Assembly: GCA_965205335.1 (NCBI GenBank)
Contig: OZ242164.1
Location: forward strand, 384,001 to 448,000
DNA from: Candidatus Woesearchaeota archaeon
GTDB taxonomy: Archaea > Nanobdellota > Nanobdellia > Woesearchaeales > UBA583
Direction: 5' to 3'
DNA: 64,000 bases
The position numbers and the translations under genes were made by a program. Below the pieces are notes generated by a model. The model was not told where the DNA came from. It saw only the letters and a program-made list of their open reading frames with translations, and ran no database searches. Shown here piece by piece: positions 1-10,006 of the stretch (position 1 is its first letter; every line of letters starts with the position of its first letter).

Positions 1-1656
1 AAAATCATATGCATAAAGGAACATACCTGACGTATCTCTAACTCTGCTCATATTCCACCCACTTAAATCACCATTAAAACTACTCGCATCAAAGAACATA
101 CCTTTCATATCTGTAACACTACTTACATCCCAATTACTCAAATTATTATTAAATAAATATGAATGAGAGAACATATTCCCCATATCTGTAACTCTGCCCA
201 CATTCCAACTGCTCAAATTACTACTAAAATTATTTACATCATAGAACATCCATTTCATATCTTCAACTCTACTTACATCCCAATTGCTCAAATCATCATT
301 AAAACTATTTGCATAAGCGAGCATATGTGACATATCTGTAACACGGCTTACATCCCAATTACTCAAATTACCTTCAAATTGAGTTGCAGAATGGAACATA
401 TGTGACATATCAGTAACACCTGACAAATTCAACACATCTGTAGCGGACACATCTAATTCGTTACATCCCCAAAAATATCCTCCATTATTGCCAAGTATTA
501 AAGATCCCCAATTACTAATATCACTAATTTTATTTTTGTCTCCGCCATCACCAAATCTAAAACCTTCAATTTTCCCTTTAATAATTATCTCATACTCTCC
601 TGCCGTTGCATATGTACGAATTACGTCTGAGTGATTCCATTCCGTAATTGTATCATAAGTCCCATCACCCCAGGACACAGCAAAACTATAATTCCCAGAA
701 CTCTCTAAAGGTAATTTAATCTGATTATAACTTGAAGATCCAGGAAGTGTTTGCGTTGTATCCCAGAGCGAAACAAACAAATTATATATAAGTTTATTAC
801 AATCTGTATCACTTCCTCCATGCAACCCATCACAACTCCATAGATGATGAGTAAAATTATCAGGAGAATCATCTAAATTTCCTCTCACACACCCATTAAC
901 AATTGTACCACAAACACCATTTACAGGAGGAGGTTTAAGTTCACTGCACATAGCATCAAATCCGCTATTCAACCCTCTGCAACTCCACAAAAAATGAGTA
1001 GCATTATCTACAAAATCATCAAAAATTCCTCTTAAACAATCAGGTTCACTCAAGCCGCAAACACCATTTATATCAATACGATCCTTAGAATCAGTATGAT
1101 CCACTCTAATTTTTAGAGTTCCCTTACTTAGCATTTCAATATCTGTCTCATGCTCCTTCAATGGAACTTCAATCCTGCCCATGATAACATCCCCCTCAAA
1201 CAACTCCCCCACAGAATCAGAAGAACCATTCAAATTGCAGTCAAAAACAATCCTTCCTAACTCAGAAGGCTTAAAAGTAACAGAACTGTTACTATAATTA
1301 CTATACAAATCACCATCAATATTTTCAACCAAAACACTTTCACATTTCTTTCCACCATCATCTATTATCATTGATTCACTTGGTGTTATATTAACAACAT
1401 ACCTGCCCTGATGCCTAAAATAAATATGAACTTTACTCTGAAACGAAGAATACAACGACATCTCTGAATAAGCACCCGAAGCCTCATACTCTGCTTCAAG
1501 AAGATTTTTGAACTCTACCTCATCAGGATATAATAAACTAAAATCCACAAAAGAAAAAGCTACCGCTGCTGTAACTAAAACTATTAAAAACATCCAGCCA
1601 TATGTCATTAAAAACTCATATGCCGCTTGTGATCTCCCGCCTCTTATCTCTCTCAT
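1..1656 (-). CDS. Class III signal peptide (pilin-like) surface protein with Cys-rich repeats and DUF285/BspA-like repeats; runs off the window start
   Basis: Not in the ORF track; translated by hand from the ATG at 1656: MREIRGGRSQAAYEFLMTYGWMFLIVLV... It has two NGVCG...WSCxG Cys-rich repeats and ~25-aa repeats such as FNGDLSGWNMSRVRDTSGMF and WDVSSVTDMKGMF. The reading phase of this ATG matches that of the repeats at position 1. Confidence 0.85.
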   Translation of the reverse strand, partial: MREIRGGRSQAAYEFLMTYGWMFLIVLVTAAVAFSFVDFSLLYPDEVEFKNLLEAEYEASGAYSEMSLYSSFQSKVHIYFRHQGRYVVNITPSESMIIDDGGKKCESVLVENIDGDLYSNYSNSSVTFKPSELGRIVFDCNLNGSSDSVGELFEGDVIMGRIEVPLKEHETDIEMLSKGTLKIRVDHTDSKDRIDINGVCGLSEPDCLRGIFDDFVDNATHFLWSCRGLNSGFDAMCSELKPPPVNGVCGTIVNGCVRGNLDDSPDNFTHHLWSCDGLHGGSDTDCNKLIYNLFVSLWDTTQTLPGSSSYNQIKLPLESSGNYSFAVSWGDGTYDTITEWNHSDVIRTYATAGEYEIIIKGKIEGFRFGDGGDKNKISDISNWGSLILGNNGGYFWGCNELDVSATDVLNLSGVTDMSHMFHSATQFEGNLSNWDVSRVTDMSHMLAYANSFNDDLSNWDVSRVEDMKWMFYDVNNFSSNLSSWNVGRVTDMGNMFSHSYLFNNNLSNWDVSSVTDMKGMFFDASSFNGDLSGWNMSRVRDTSGMFLYAYDF

Positions 1657-1870
1657 TACACAAATCTTTCACTAAATAGATTTATAAAAACTTGTAACCC
1701 CTTTACTAAGTATTCCAAAAACAAACAAAACACCAAGGCAATAATATAAAATTAATCATATCAAGGATAAGTAAATGACACATTCATTCTTCTATATATT
1801 CTTACTTATTACTCATACAGCAAATGCATTTAAATTTACGTAGACAAACAAAACACCAATTTAAAAACAG

Positions 1871-2005
1871 TGCGGAATCGGGGATTTGAACCCCGGACCT
1901 CAGGCTTTCTTAGTAAGAAATACCAATAGAATCGCGATCAGAACCATCTAACTGTTTCGTTAAACTTATAAGACCTGCGCTCTAACCAGACTGAGCTAAA
2001 TCCGC
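1871..2005 (-). tRNA. tRNA-Ile(UAU) with 60-nt intron at 37/38 (intron 1907-1966)
   Basis: Minus strand reads GCGGATT-TA-GCTC-AGTCTGGTTA-GAGC-G-CAGGT-CT-TAT-A|intron|A-GCCTG-AGGTC-CGGGG-TTCAAAT-CCCCG-ATTCCGC-A. The BHB has a CTTA/TAAG central helix with TAA and AAA bulges. Confidence 0.92.
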
Positions 2006-2015
2006 ATAAAACACA

Positions 2016-2087
2016 TGCACGCGCCGGGATTTGAACCCGGGTTACAAGCTTGGCAAGCTCGTGTCATAACCACTAAACTACGCATGC
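2016..2087 (-). tRNA. tRNA-Gly(GCC)
   Basis: GCATGCG...CGAGC-TT-GCC-AA-GCTTG...CCGGG-TTCAAAT-CCCGG-CGCGTGC-A cloverleaf. It lies 10 nt upstream of tRNA-Ile, with a TATA-like box near 2118-2125. Confidence 0.95.
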
Positions 2088-2141
2088 AATATCAATACAA
2101 TTCAAAATTAAACTCTTTTTATAAAAGTTTCCTCTAACACT

Positions 2142-2276
2142 GGCTTTGTACGAAAAGTAACTAAATATCCTGACTTATCGTACAACAAGTTAGAGGTAAT
2201 TCTCAAGTTTTCCATTTTTAATTAAAACTCTTTTTTACAATTATTGTTTCTTAAAAATTAATTTTCGGATAGAGCC
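2142..2276. mobile_element. Degenerate MITE-like element (same end family as 60676-60803)
   Basis: Left end GGCTTTGTACGAAAAGT has 3 mismatches and right end AATTTTCGGATAGAGCC has 1 mismatch to the 17-bp TIR GGCTCTGTCCGAAAATT. No TSD is visible. Confidence 0.55.
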
Positions 2277-2320
2277 AAATAGCCACTAAGTTTATAAATA
2301 AAAAAATATAAACCCAAAGT

Positions 2321-2551
2321 ATGGAACAAAGTGTGAAATTAGGTAATAAAACTAAGAGCGATAATAGAGAAGTTAAAGCAGAAATAGACTACCAAAAATT
2401 AAGAACAATGATTAGAAAGATTGTAAGAGAAGAACTACAGAAAGCAAGATACCTGTTAATCTTCTCCCAAGAACAAAAAGAACTTGAGAATCTTTACAGC
2501 AAAGAAGCATTAATGGAAACATACAATGAAGAAGATTACATTGGAATTTAA
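2321..2551 (+). CDS. Putative antitoxin (small protein upstream of RelE-like gene)
   Basis: 76 aa with an acidic C-terminus, TATA at 2291-2298, and 2 nt from the RelE-like frame. Confidence 0.6.
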   Translation: MEQSVKLGNKTKSDNREVKAEIDYQKLRTMIRKIVREELQKARYLLIFSQEQKELENLYSKEALMETYNEEDYIGI

Positions 2552-2553
2552 GA

Positions 2554-2811
2554 ATGTGAAAAGTCAGAGTCAAAAGAGAAGTTTCTCAATTTATTGATTC
2601 ACTCCCAAACTCAGAAGAAATTAAAGAAAAACTAATAAGATTAAAACATTTCAAATCCACAAAGAATATTCATTTAGACATTAAACGTTATAGAGACAAA
2701 AAACGAGATATTTTTCGATTAAGGATTGGAAAATTAAGATTTATCTTTGAAGTTGAAGAAAACCTAATTTTCATTAAGGCTGCAGATTTCAGAGGAAGAG
2801 TTTACAAGTAA
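2554..2811 (+). pseudogene. RelE/ParE-family toxin with TGA at codon 2
   Basis: ATG TGA AAA GTC... gives M*KVRVKREVSQFIDSLP...DIFRLRIGKLRFIFEVEENLIFIKAADFRGRVYK. It has the RelE RLRIGxxR motif and C-terminal RGRVYK. Confidence 0.8.
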
Positions 2812-2935
2812 TTAAAGGAATTTGGAAATCTAATAACTTAAATCATAATAAAAAACATAATTGAAAACAACACCTTAATTTACACCAGAATCACTAATAA
2901 ACAATATTTATAAACTTTCATATCTCACACAAATT

Positions 2936-3664
2936 ATGGACTTAAATCTCTTCACAGAATCCAAGGAGAAAAAAATTAGAAAAGAAATAATCTTAAACAA
3001 TAAAGAAATTAAAATAACAAGAATAGATAATCATTTAGAATTTAACTTCAAACACAAAGACGCTATAAAGAAATATCAAAATCTTATGTTCTTCTCGCCA
3101 ACAAATTCAATAATCACAGACTCAGACAAAGAAGCAGAAGACTTTTTCAAACAATCAATCAAAGAAGGAGTTGAAGGACTAATGTTTAAATCATTAAAAG
3201 CGCCATACAAACCGGGACTAAGAACAGGAACAATGGCAAAAATCAAAGAAACAAAAGAAGACATTGACGTTGTCATATTAGGAGCAGAATACGGAAAAGG
3301 AAAAAGAGCAGGATTTTACTCATCCTTTCTTGTCGGGGTAAAAAACCCAGATTACTCAGATGAAAACGACATTTACTTGGAAATTGGAAAAGTCTCCTCA
3401 GGAATAAAAGAACTTGAAGGAGAAGGTGCTACAATGGAAAATCTGATGAACCTCTTAAAACCCCTAAAAACAGAAGAGAAAAACGGAATAATAAAATTTG
3501 AACCAAAAATAATAATTCAGATAAGATATCAGGAAATACAAAAATCAACAACATACAACTCTGGCTACGCCCTTAGGTTCCCAAGAATAATCAGCCTAAG
3601 AGAAGACAAACTACTTGAAGAAATAAACACTGTCAGTGACATAAGAAATTTCAATACTATTTAG
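2936..3664 (+). CDS. lig: ATP-dependent DNA ligase, C-terminal half (motifs IV, V, OB domain, motif VI)
   Basis: EGVEGLMFK (IV), YKPGLRTGTMAKIK (V), DVVILGAEYGKGKRAG, GYALRFPRI (VI). It lacks KxDG and has its own TATA at ~2907. Confidence 0.93.
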   Translation: MDLNLFTESKEKKIRKEIILNNKEIKITRIDNHLEFNFKHKDAIKKYQNLMFFSPTNSIITDSDKEAEDFFKQSIKEGVEGLMFKSLKAPYKPGLRTGTMAKIKETKEDIDVVILGAEYGKGKRAGFYSSFLVGVKNPDYSDENDIYLEIGKVSSGIKELEGEGATMENLMNLLKPLKTEEKNGIIKFEPKIIIQIRYQEIQKSTTYNSGYALRFPRIISLREDKLLEEINTVSDIRNFNTI

Positions 3665-3713
3665 TAGTAAAACTTATAAATAACAGTATCTTACTAAATT
3701 GTAGAGATTAACT

Positions 3714-6700
3714 ATGGAACGAAAGAATTTACCACAAAACAAAGTATTAAGGATACTTATGACATTATTACTATTCATATTCATAAGTAGCGTTCTTGCT
3801 CATGCTGTTAGTGCTGTCAATAATCCTCCGGTTTTCACCAGTGGTGACAGTTTTTGGGTTGACGAAAACACTGTTTACGTAACTACAATAACCGCTAATG
3901 ATTCCGACAGCGAAGATAACATTACTGGTTATGAGGTTATATATCGTGATAGTTCAACAATGGACAGCAGACATTTCCAGATTACAAATGATGGCGTTTT
4001 GAGTTTCATTTCTCCTCCCGACTACGAGAATCCCACTAACTTTGACCCTGATAAACTTGGTTTATATCGCCTTGCTGTAAAAGTCACAAGTGGTTCTGGT
4101 AGTAGAGAAAGAACCGCAATAAATAGATATATATACGTGATAGTAGGGGATGTGGATGAATTCCTTTCTTTCAGTCAGAACCTATACACCTTCAATCTTA
4201 ACGAAAGCGAAAAAGGAAATCTGATACCTCTTCTCCTTGGCAGTGTGAACGCTACCAGCAACGATAATCTTTCAAATGAAATCATATACTCAATCACACA
4301 AGGCAACACCAGCAAATTTAATATTAACCGGTCAAACGGACAGATTACATATATTGGAAACGGAGAAGATTATGAGAGTGGGAAAATACAATACAATTTA
4401 ACTGTTCAGGCAAATGATAGTGTAAATAATGCAACTGCTAATATTATAGTTTATGTTAATGCTGTAAATGAACCTCCTGTTTTCAGTCAGAATTCATATA
4501 CTTTCAATCTTGATGAGAATGCTGATGGAAGTTCAAACCCTATTTCCGTTGGAAATGTGACTGCAACTGATGAGGAAAATGATTCTGTAAATTACTCAAT
4601 AACACAGGGTAATACAAGCAAGTTTAATATTGACAGGTCAAACGGACAGATTACATATATTGGAAACGGAGAAGATTATGAGAGCGGAACAACACAATAC
4701 ACCCTAATGGTTTCGGCAAATGATAGTGTAAATGAAGAAACTGCTCAAATTATAATTAATATCAACAATCTAAACGATAACTCTCCTGTTTTCAATCAGA
4801 GTTCATACACTTTCAGGCTTGATGAGAAAGTAGTTGGAAATTCAACTCCTGTTTCCCTTGGAAATGTTACTGCTACCGATGAAGATAGAGACATCTTAAC
4901 ATACTCTATTACACAAGGTGACACAGATAAGTTTGATATTAACCCATCAAACGGGGAAATTACATACATCGGAAGCGGAGAGGATTATGAAAGTGGAACA
5001 ACTCAGTACACTCTAACAGTTACTGCAAATGATAGCACAAGTCAAGTGAATGCTCAAGTAACTGTGAATGTGAATAATGTGAATGAACCGCCAGTATTTG
5101 ACCAGAATTCTTACACATTCGATCTTGATGAAAATGAAGACGGCAGTACAAATCCAGTATATGTTGACACAGTAAATGCAGCAGATGTTGATAATGGAGA
5201 TAATGTAGAATACTCTATTTCAGCAGGAGATACTAATAAATTTAGTATTAATTCAACAACTGGAGATATCACATACATCGGAAGCGGAGAGGATTACGAG
5301 AGCGGAACAACTCAGTACACTCTAACAGTTACTGCTGATGATGGAACAAGTCAAGTGAATGCTCAAGTAACTGTGAATGTGAATAATGTGAATGAACCGC
5401 CAGTATTTGACCAGAATTCTTACACATTCGATCTTGATGAAAATGAAGACGGCAGTACAAATCCAGTATATGTTGACACAGTAAATGCAGCAGATGTTGA
5501 TAATGGAGATAATGTAGAATACTCTATTTCAGCAGGAGATACTAATAAATTTAGTATTAATTCAACAACTGGAGATATCACATACATTGGAACTGGAGAG
5601 AATTACGAGAGCGGAACAACTCAGTACACTCTAACTGTTACTGCTGATGATGGAACAAATCAGGTAGATGTTCAGGTAACAGTGGATATTAATGATTTGA
5701 ATGAGAATACAAATGAGTTTGGGTTTGAGAAAAGTGCATATACATTCAGTATTGATGAAAATGAAGACGGAAGTTCAACACCAGTAAATCTTGGAACTGT
5801 AAAGGCAGTAAATAATGAAAGTACTGTAACATATTCAATTTCAGCAGAAGATAACAATAAATTTAGTATCAATTCTCAGACGGGAGTTATTACATACATT
5901 GGGAATGGAGAGGATTATGAAAGTGGAACAACTCAGTACACCCTAACTGTTAATGCAAATGATACAATAAGTCAAGTGAATGCACAAGTAACTGTGAATG
6001 TGGATGATGTAAATGAACCGCCTGTATTTGAACAGAATTCCTACTCATTTGACCTTGATGAAAATGTGAATGGAAGTTCAACACCAGTAAATCTTGGAAC
6101 TGTAACTGCTGAGGATGAAGATTCTGGAGATAATATGGAATACTCAATTTCAGCAGGAGATAACAATAAATTTAGTATCAATTCTCAGACAGGAGAGATT
6201 ACATATATCGGAAGTGGAGAGGATTATGAAAGTGGAACAACTCAGTACACTCTAACAGTTACTGCTGATGATGGAACAAATCAGGTAGATGTTCAGGTAA
6301 CAGTGGATATTAATGATTTAAATGAAAATACAAATACATTTGAATTTGAGAAAAGTGCATACACATTCAGTATTGATGAAAATGTGAATGGAAGTTCAAA
6401 TCCTGTAAATCTTGGAACTGTAAAGGCAGTGAATAATGAAAGTACTGTAACATATTCAATTTCAACAGGAGATACTAATAAATTTGCTATTAACTCAACA
6501 ACTGGAACTATTACATACATAGGAAGTGGAGAGGATTACGAAACAGACAACCAGTACAATCTAACCGTTACTGCAGATGATGGAACTAATGAAGTGAATG
6601 TTCAAGTAACTGTGAATATTAATGACTTAAACGAAAATACAGAAGAGTTTGAATTTGAGAAAAATGCATACACATTCAATCTTGATGAAAATGAAGATGG

Positions 6701-9563
6701 GAGTTCAACACCAGTAAATCTTGGAACTGTGAAAGCAATAAATAATGAGAGTAGTATAACATATTCAATTTCGGCAGGAGATACTAACAAATTTAGTATA
6801 AATTTCCAGACAGGAGAGATTACTTATATTGGAAGTGGGGAAGACCATGAAACAGACGACCAGTACACTCTAACAATTAATGCAGATGATGGAACAAATC
6901 AGGATACCACCCAAGTAACAATAGATGTGAATGATGTAAATGAACAGCCAGTATTTGAACAAAACTTATACACATTCAATATTGATGAAAATGTAGATGG
7001 GAGTTCAAATCCTGTATTCATTGGGAAAGTGACAGCAGAAGACCCTGATACTAACGATGTTGTGACATATACAATGACATATGGAGACACTAACAAGTTT
7101 AATATCAATTCAACAACAGGAGTTATAACATATATCGGAAATGGAGAGGATTATGAAGGAAATACATTTTCTTATGCTTTAAGAATAAACGCATACGATG
7201 GAGAAATAATTGGTGAAATACTTGCAGAAGTGAATGTGAATGTAGAGAATGTGAGTGAACCTCCTGTATTTGAACAAAACTCGTACACATTCAATATTGA
7301 TGAAAATGTAGATGGGAGTTCAAATCCTGTATTCATTGGGAAAGTAACAGCAGAAGATGATGATTTTGATTCTGTTTTAGAATACTCCTTATCAACAGGG
7401 GATACAAGTAAGTTTAAGATTAATTCAACAAATGGAAATATTACATATACTGGAACAGGAGAAGATTACGAAACAAACAATACATTTTATTTAACAGTTA
7501 TGGTAGATGATGGAGAAAGCAGTAGTGTTACCGTAGATGTTACCATTAATATCAACAATTTAAATGATGAAGGAGAATTTGGATTTGATAGAAGTTCATA
7601 TGTATTCAGTCTTGATGAGAATGAAGATGGGAGTTCAACACCAGTATCTATCGACACTGTAAATGCAATCAATAATAACGATACTATAACATACTCAATC
7701 TCCTCAGGTGATACTGATAAGTTTAACATTAGTTCAACAACAGGAGAGATTACATACATTGGAACAGGAGAAGATTATGAAAATGGAATAATTCAGTATA
7801 ATTTAACATTAACAGCAAATGATGGAGTAAATGAAAGCACTGTAAATGCTACCATTAACATTAATGATTTAGACGACAACAAACCTCCAATAGCAAGAGA
7901 TGATACAATTGAAATAATTTCAGGAGATACAATAAGCGTTCTATTAGGAGGAGATGTAAGCGTTAGAGACAATGACGAAGATGAAGATAACTTAATTTCC
8001 CAATTAACAGTAACTCTGATTAGTGATGCAAGTTATGGTAATTTAAAACTTAATGAAGATGGAACTTTCACATACAGACATTACGGTAACTCTACAACTG
8101 AGGATAACTTTGAATATAGCATTAGTGATGGTATTAATAGTAGCAGTGCAACTGTTACAATCTCAGTACAGGTGGACACATCAGCTCCTAATATTACTAT
8201 AACAAGTCCTGCTAACGGATTATCCACAACAAACACTACTCAAGAAATATCCTTTATAGCAACAGATAATACTTCCCCAGAAGCCTTTAAACCATTAAAA
8301 TTCAAAATATTTGTAGATAATACATTAGTAGAAGAGAAAGTCGGAAACAGCGATACAGCAGTATCATATACACTCTCTGAGTTATCAATTGATAGCCACA
8401 CATTTTGGGTTGAAGCAACAGACCCTGCTGGAAACTCACAGAATTCATCTAAGATAACAATTAATATTAATACAAACACCTCCTCTGACTCATCAGAAGA
8501 TGAAGACAGAGGAAACAGCGGAACTCGTTTATATGAAGGAGAGCCAAAAAAATTTAAAATAAAAAGCGGAGGATCAAGTGTTGAATTAATTGAAGTGGAA
8601 GCAAACAAGAGAGTAAACAACGTAAAAATAAAGGCAAAGAAAATTAGAATACTTCCGTCCTCAATAGATGAGGTCTCTAATGGAGAGGTATATGAGTACA
8701 TAGATATAACTGCAAGAAGATTGGACGATGATGAAATTGCTGATGCTACAATTGAATTCATTGTAGAAAAAGAATGGTTATCAGACAACGGATTTGACAA
8801 AGAAGAAGTGGTACTATTAATGTATGATGAGGATAATGATGAATGGGAAGAACTTGATACAGAAATAATCCTAGAAACTTCAACATACATTAGATACTCA
8901 GCAGATACTTCAGGATTTTCAACTTTTGCTATTGTAGGAATAAAGAAACCTGAACCAACACCAGTACCTACAACAGTTGAACCAACACAAGTATCAACTC
9001 AAACAGAGACCCAAACTGTTGAACCACAAACACCAGTACCTATTGAAACAACACCACAACCAACTCCTACTCCAGTTCCTAATACTATACCTAAAGGCAT
9101 AGATGTACCATCCTATAATAACCAAACCATAATCATATTTCTGATTGTAGTGACATTATTAGTATTAATAACTGCAGTATTTACAATAATCAAAAAAAGC
9201 AGAGGCAGGCGTTCAAGAGTAAAGAGAAAGATAAAATTACCAACTCAATCTCCTACTATATCTTTGGGAAGACCTACACTATCTGCAAGATCAATGCCTA
9301 TTCAATGCACCTCCACTAAGCACTTGAAAAAAATAAAGCAGAGAAAACCAATTGCTACAACAATCCTTTCAGGAGCATTGGGAATAATATTAGCCCTTAT
9401 AGCATTAGTTTCATACAGAATACTCTCACCAGAATCTATTGATGTCTCACTTTTAGGAAGTGTTAGTATAAACACTATTCTAATTTTCTCACTGATTATA
9501 GTGTTATCAGCAATATTTGCATTTTCCTTTAAAATAATCAGAGACAAATCAAATTACAATTAA
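3714..9563 (+). CDS. Giant cell-surface adhesin: signal peptide, ~13 cadherin-like repeats, Ig-like domains, PGF-pre-PGF domain, Pro/Thr linker, 3 C-terminal TM helices
   Basis: Repeats of the form PVF..SYTFxLDEN...VTAxD...YSI...F.I....G.ITY...EDYE...Y.L.V.A.D...V...NVNE. VYEYIDIT...WEELDT...YSADTSGFSTFAI matches PGF-pre-PGF. Confidence 0.9.
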   Translation: MERKNLPQNKVLRILMTLLLFIFISSVLAHAVSAVNNPPVFTSGDSFWVDENTVYVTTITANDSDSEDNITGYEVIYRDSSTMDSRHFQITNDGVLSFISPPDYENPTNFDPDKLGLYRLAVKVTSGSGSRERTAINRYIYVIVGDVDEFLSFSQNLYTFNLNESEKGNLIPLLLGSVNATSNDNLSNEIIYSITQGNTSKFNINRSNGQITYIGNGEDYESGKIQYNLTVQANDSVNNATANIIVYVNAVNEPPVFSQNSYTFNLDENADGSSNPISVGNVTATDEENDSVNYSITQGNTSKFNIDRSNGQITYIGNGEDYESGTTQYTLMVSANDSVNEETAQIIININNLNDNSPVFNQSSYTFRLDEKVVGNSTPVSLGNVTATDEDRDILTYSITQGDTDKFDINPSNGEITYIGSGEDYESGTTQYTLTVTANDSTSQVNAQVTVNVNNVNEPPVFDQNSYTFDLDENEDGSTNPVYVDTVNAADVDNGDNVEYSISAGDTNKFSINSTTGDITYIGSGEDYESGTTQYTLTVTADDGTSQVNAQVTVNVNNVNEPPVFDQNSYTFDLDENEDGSTNPVYVDTVNAADVDNGDNVEYSISAGDTNKFSINSTTGDITYIGTGENYESGTTQYTLTVTADDGTNQVDVQVTVDINDLNENTNEFGFEKSAYTFSIDENEDGSSTPVNLGTVKAVNNESTVTYSISAEDNNKFSINSQTGVITYIGNGEDYESGTTQYTLTVNANDTISQVNAQVTVNVDDVNEPPVFEQNSYSFDLDENVNGSSTPVNLGTVTAEDEDSGDNMEYSISAGDNNKFSINSQTGEITYIGSGEDYESGTTQYTLTVTADDGTNQVDVQVTVDINDLNENTNTFEFEKSAYTFSIDENVNGSSNPVNLGTVKAVNNESTVTYSISTGDTNKFAINSTTGTITYIGSGEDYETDNQYNLTVTADDGTNEVNVQVTVNINDLNENTEEFEFEKNAYTFNLDENEDGSSTPVNLGTVKAINNESSITYSISAGDTNKFSINFQTGEITYIGSGEDHETDDQYTLTINADDGTNQDTTQVTIDVNDVNEQPVFEQNLYTFNIDENVDGSSNPVFIGKVTAEDPDTNDVVTYTMTYGDTNKFNINSTTGVITYIGNGEDYEGNTFSYALRINAYDGEIIGEILAEVNVNVENVSEPPVFEQNSYTFNIDENVDGSSNPVFIGKVTAEDDDFDSVLEYSLSTGDTSKFKINSTNGNITYTGTGEDYETNNTFYLTVMVDDGESSSVTVDVTININNLNDEGEFGFDRSSYVFSLDENEDGSSTPVSIDTVNAINNNDTITYSISSGDTDKFNISSTTGEITYIGTGEDYENGIIQYNLTLTANDGVNESTVNATININDLDDNKPPIARDDTIEIISGDTISVLLGGDVSVRDNDEDEDNLISQLTVTLISDASYGNLKLNEDGTFTYRHYGNSTTEDNFEYSISDGINSSSATVTISVQVDTSAPNITITSPANGLSTTNTTQEISFIATDNTSPEAFKPLKFKIFVDNTLVEEKVGNSDTAVSYTLSELSIDSHTFWVEATDPAGNSQNSSKITININTNTSSDSSEDEDRGNSGTRLYEGEPKKFKIKSGGSSVELIEVEANKRVNNVKIKAKKIRILPSSIDEVSNGEVYEYIDITARRLDDDEIADATIEFIVEKEWLSDNGFDKEEVVLLMYDEDNDEWEELDTEIILETSTYIRYSADTSGFSTFAIVGIKKPEPTPVPTTVEPTQVSTQTETQTVEPQTPVPIETTPQPTPTPVPNTIPKGIDVPSYNNQTIIIFLIVVTLLVLITAVFTIIKKSRGRRSRVKRKIKLPTQSPTISLGRPTLSARSMPIQCTSTKHLKKIKQRKPIATTILSGALGIILALIALVSYRILSPESIDVSLLGSVSINTILIFSLIIVLSAIFAFSFKIIRDKSNYN
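5037..5587 (+). repeat. Near-perfect 309-bp-period tandem duplication of one cadherin unit
   Basis: About 5037-5278 is repeated essentially identically at about 5346-5587 (...PPVFDQNSYTFDLDENEDGSTNPVYVDTVNAADVDNGDNVEY... twice). Confidence 0.85.
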
Positions 9564-9712
9564 AAATAATTCTTTTCAATTCTCAAAATTTTTAAACATA
9601 ACAGAATTACTAGTACATAAATTAATATTAAAATTTTTAGTCAAAATTCTCACACATTTTCTCCTACCATCATATTAATATCACAGATTCATTTAGAGAG
9701 ATATTAATAAAA

Positions 9713-9811
9713 TATAACTCAGGCTACGCCTTCCGATTCCCAGGAATGATTAACCTAATAGAAGATAAACCACCTGACGAAATAAACTCAATTGATGACA
9801 CAAAAAACTTT
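9713..9811 (+). pseudogene. Relic copy of the DNA ligase 3' end
   Basis: Translates YNSGYAFRFPGMINLIEDKPPDEINSIDDTKNF versus YNSGYALRFPRIISLREDKLLEEINTVSDIRNF at 3554-3652; 20 of 33 residues identical by manual alignment. Confidence 0.85.
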
Positions 9812-10006
9812 CTTATATACAAGCAATTATCATAAATTATAAAAATATTGCTTTTTCGCGTTATAAGACACTCTAAAATACGTTAAAACCTACTAAAACC
9901 CAATTTAAATAGTCGTTCTCATTATATATTCACGACAATGATACGACACTAATTAGTAACAAAATTTTATAAATGAGTAAAATTTGCTATATATTAGAGA
10001 AGAAAT

